Shown in pieces: positions 60,994 through 64,000 of a stretch of DNA of 64,000 nucleotides. Position numbers and translations under genes: made by a program. Below the pieces are notes generated by a model. It worked only from the letters and a program-made list of their open reading frames with translations, was not told the DNA's origin and did not search any database. Source of the DNA: Octopus sinensis (lineage: Eukaryota); the NCBI RefSeq assembly GCF_006345805.1, contig NC_042998.1:205778001-205842000 (forward strand), in the 5' to 3' direction. Within the stretch, counting starts at the first letter, position 1. Every line of letters starts with the position of its first letter.

Positions 60994-63900
60994 TGTTGTG
61001 GAAGGATTTTGACCACTCACAAGTGACTAAAGGTGGACCGACTCATTATAAAATAAGAGCAGTTGGCAGTTCGTGCTGCTAGCAGTTCACTGTGAGCCTT
61101 TGATATAGACTGTTGAGTCTCGTGTAATAGTAGTGCATTGTGTGTATTCTTTCTTCCTCCCCTGCTTCGTTATATTATTATATCCAATACAAGGACATAA
61201 AAGTGGCAATGAGTTGTTTGAAGCTTGCATCAGATGTTTAAAATTTCTTTTTGGTATGAAACCAAAGAAAAAACTCGTTTAACATGGAGAACTTATTGGC
61301 CTCTGTGGTGCAGCTGCAACAGCAACTACATCAGCAGCAACAACAACAAAACCAAAGCTGCTGGTGAAGAAGTCTGAAAATACTTCAGGTTTGTACTTGC
61401 CAGCTATAATTCAGCTATAAACCAGAAGAAGGTACTATCTTCTCTGCATATTTTCATAGATACGAAGAAATCTTCAAAGAAAAGTGTAAAAGTCTGATAA
61501 GAAAAAAATACGACTACTTTTAAGAAAGTTATCCCCTCCCAAACATGAAAATTAAAAGTAATTATATTCTGCTGAAGAAGTCAGGTGAGATTTATTTCAA
61601 TGAAACAATATTTTGTCAAAAATTTTCAGTGAAAGAAGTTCCCTGTTCAATACTCGCTGGCTATGTTTAAATTTGGTCAAAAACAGATTTCATCACCTAT
61701 GCTGTAGTGGTTAACAGAAAGTGTGAAAAATTCAAATTGAATGAGTTAACCCCAGACATGTCCAGGTCTTTAATTTTTGTTCATGGGCTTACTGCAAGCA
61801 AAGAGGCAGATATACATTCCCAGATAACAGCAAAATTAGAACAGAACCAAAATTTAAGTCTGTAGACAGGAGCAGAAGAATGCCAGTAGATTATTAATGT
61901 ACAACATGACAAATAAAAATGAAGAGAAAGATTGTTCTGAGATTCAAGTGCATTGACCCGTAATGAATAAGAAAATAGACAAAAAATGTCAAAACTGAAT
62001 CCGTGTGGTGGGTGGAGTGGTTTACATTTTAAAAATGACTGTCCATTTAAAAATATAAAATGCTACAAGTGTGTTAAAATAGGCCATAAAAAGTCGCATT
62101 GTAGGACAGAACCTAAAAAACAGTTCAACAGAAAAAAATCACATTAACAGATTATTGGTAACAAAAAATATGAATGAGCCTCTAAGAAAATTGGCGTATG
62201 TAAAAATTAATAACACAAATGTCAAGTTACAACTGGATACAAGCAGCAACATCAATAATTAACACAGATACATGGAAAAAGATGAGGAGACCTAAATGAA
62301 ATGAAACCTTGAAAATTGCCTGTGATGTTTCAGGAAAAAAATTATACTTTAAGGGTGAATTGATAAGTAACATTACATTTTTTAGAAAAAACTTTAAAGG
62401 CTAAAGTTTTTCTGTTAAATATTGGGTCATCCCATAAATAATGCAGTTTTTCAACTGCATGAACTAAAAGTCAGAGGAGGATGGGATAAACTACCTACAT
62501 CAACTTGCTATAAAAGCAGTAGTTTACTTGCTTATTCTTAGTGCAATTTTTGAAGAGTGCAGTTCAATTTTAACAGTTTTTTTCAAAGCTATAATGAAAG
62601 TGACAAAGGAGTAATATTCGGTCTAATTTGCTTGAGGAGTTCAATAAAGGCAACAACGCAACAGAGATTGCAAGGAATAATAATGCAGTGTATGGGGATC
62701 GGACAATAAGTGTAAGCCAGTGATTCCAGAGATTCTGAGTTGGAAACTACAGCCTCATCCGGGAAGATCTGTAGAGCTTGACAAGGACGTGCTTCAAACT
62801 CTGGTGGAACAAAATCCCATCGTTACTATAGAGGAACTAACAGAGGGTTTAGATTTGGTCATTCAACCATTCATTGACATCTGCATGCCATCAGAAAAGT
62901 CAGCAAATAGGGTCAGTGGGTTCCTCACAAACTTTTCAAGTCTAAGCATGCACAGAGAATGAATGTGTGCTCTTCTTTGCTGTTATGTCTCATGGATGAA
63001 CTCGTTTTGGACCAAAATAGTGATTGGTGACAAGAAATGGGTTCTCTATAAAAACGTCAAGCAGCAAAGACAGTGGTTAGGGAAAGGAGAAACATTGGCA
63101 CACCAGGCTAAAGAAGGTCTTTATCCACATAAGGTGTTGTTATGTTTGGTGGGTTATGAAAAATTTAATCTACTTTAAACTTTTAAACCCAAACCAAATG
63201 ATAACAAAGGAGATCTATAGTGAGCAGTTTGAGTGGCTTAAGTCAGCGCTAGAAGAAAAACGACCATCTTTGATTTCAAGACAAAAAGTGTTCTTCCATC
63301 AGGATAATGCTCAGCCACATACAGTGAGGAGGACATTCCAAAGGTTGGAGGAGTCTGAACAGGAAATTATCATTCATTCTGCAGTCTGCAAAATCATTTG
63401 AACAAAAAAAAAATATGAATTCTGTAGATGAGGTCAGAACAGTATTGGAGGAGTATTTTTCGTCATGGACAAGTGAATTTTGGAGGAGGGGCCTTGCAAG
63501 TCAATAAGATAGATGGAAGAGCATTGTAGAAAATGAAGGAGAGTATGTTTTAGACTAAAAAAGAATTTTGTTTATCTTAATTTTGAAAAATAAAAGAAGT
63601 ATAAAAAAAACTGCATTATTTATTGGATGACCCAATAATACAACAAACTTGTCCGATACTGACTGGATGGAATTGTTTAATTTATGGGACTTCCCCATAA
63701 TTCTTTTCTGTCAAAATGTAAATGGTTTTTCCTCCAGAACAAATAAGTCGTCAGATGAATTGGAAAAAAATTAAAATTACTTTTCCTGAAGTTCTTTGTG
63801 ACGAAACAAAGACATGGTTTCAAATACATGAAAACGCCATACCAGAATTTAAGCAAAAACAAACGGTACTGTTTGCAGCATTAGAATAGATAAACCTAGA

Positions 63901-64000
63901 GTTAGAGAGACTAGACAAAACTGGAGTTATCCAAAAAGTGGTATACTCTGAATGGACATCACCAACTGTGATTGTTAAGAAAAAGAATAATAAAATCAAA
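60994..64000 (+). mobile_element. Ty3/Gypsy LTR retrotransposon 5' part (putative LTR, gag, protease, start of RT), degenerate; runs off the window
   Basis: Putative LTR TGT..ACA (~60994-61197) then PBS-like TGGCAATGAG. gag remnants YKPEEGTIFSAYFHRYEEIF and SSLFNTRWLCL; zinc knuckle CYKCVKIGHKKSHC (62061-62102); protease QLDTSS (~62230); RT start NLELERLDKTGVIQKVVYSEWTSPTVIVKKKNNKI. Confidence 0.9.
62422..63635 (+). mobile_element. mariner (DD34D) transposon nested in the Gypsy protease region, pseudogenized
   Basis: TA TSDs at 62420-21 and 63636-37; TIR TTGGGTCATCC(C/A)ATAAATAATGCAGTTTTT; motifs IVIGDKKWVLY and VFFHQDNAQPH. Confidence 0.93.

Overview
AT-rich, repeat-dense animal DNA. The SINE and RTE families resemble those I recall from Octopus genomes, so the species assignment is inference only. 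One host gene is supported: the 3' part of GOLPH3 on the minus strand, with coding exons 34951-34705 and 28700-28276 and a probable ~2.7 kb transposon-free 3' UTR ending near an AATAAA at 25629-25624. Coding exon 1 was not found and probably lies beyond 64000, which would make 34952-64000 one large intron. The rest is layered transposon debris: more than 20 RTE-LINE fragments and 3' tails, tRNA-derived SINEs of two families, Penelope-like and CR1-like fragments, and a Ty3/Gypsy 5' half. DNA transposons include three full-span mariners, Tc1, maT-like and pogo-like relics, a deleted piggyBac, TTAA MITEs and a non-autonomous Helitron. No intact transposon ORF, tRNA/rRNA gene or CRISPR array is present. 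The most interesting observations are: (1) a C4HC3 PHD-like finger inserted inside the RT domain of the local RTE family; (2) a young RTE locus at 50.2-52.3 kb that combines a tail-to-tail inverted pair with 155 bp of perfect duplex, a 61-bp hairpin-bearing tandem array and a 28-nt inverted templated insertion; (3) a 118-bp spacer-less palindrome; (4) several nested insertions whose host sequence can be rebuilt; (5) degenerate hammerhead-like motifs at Penelope-type ends. I see no clear evidence of a wholly new host-gene system. All alignments were done by eye.
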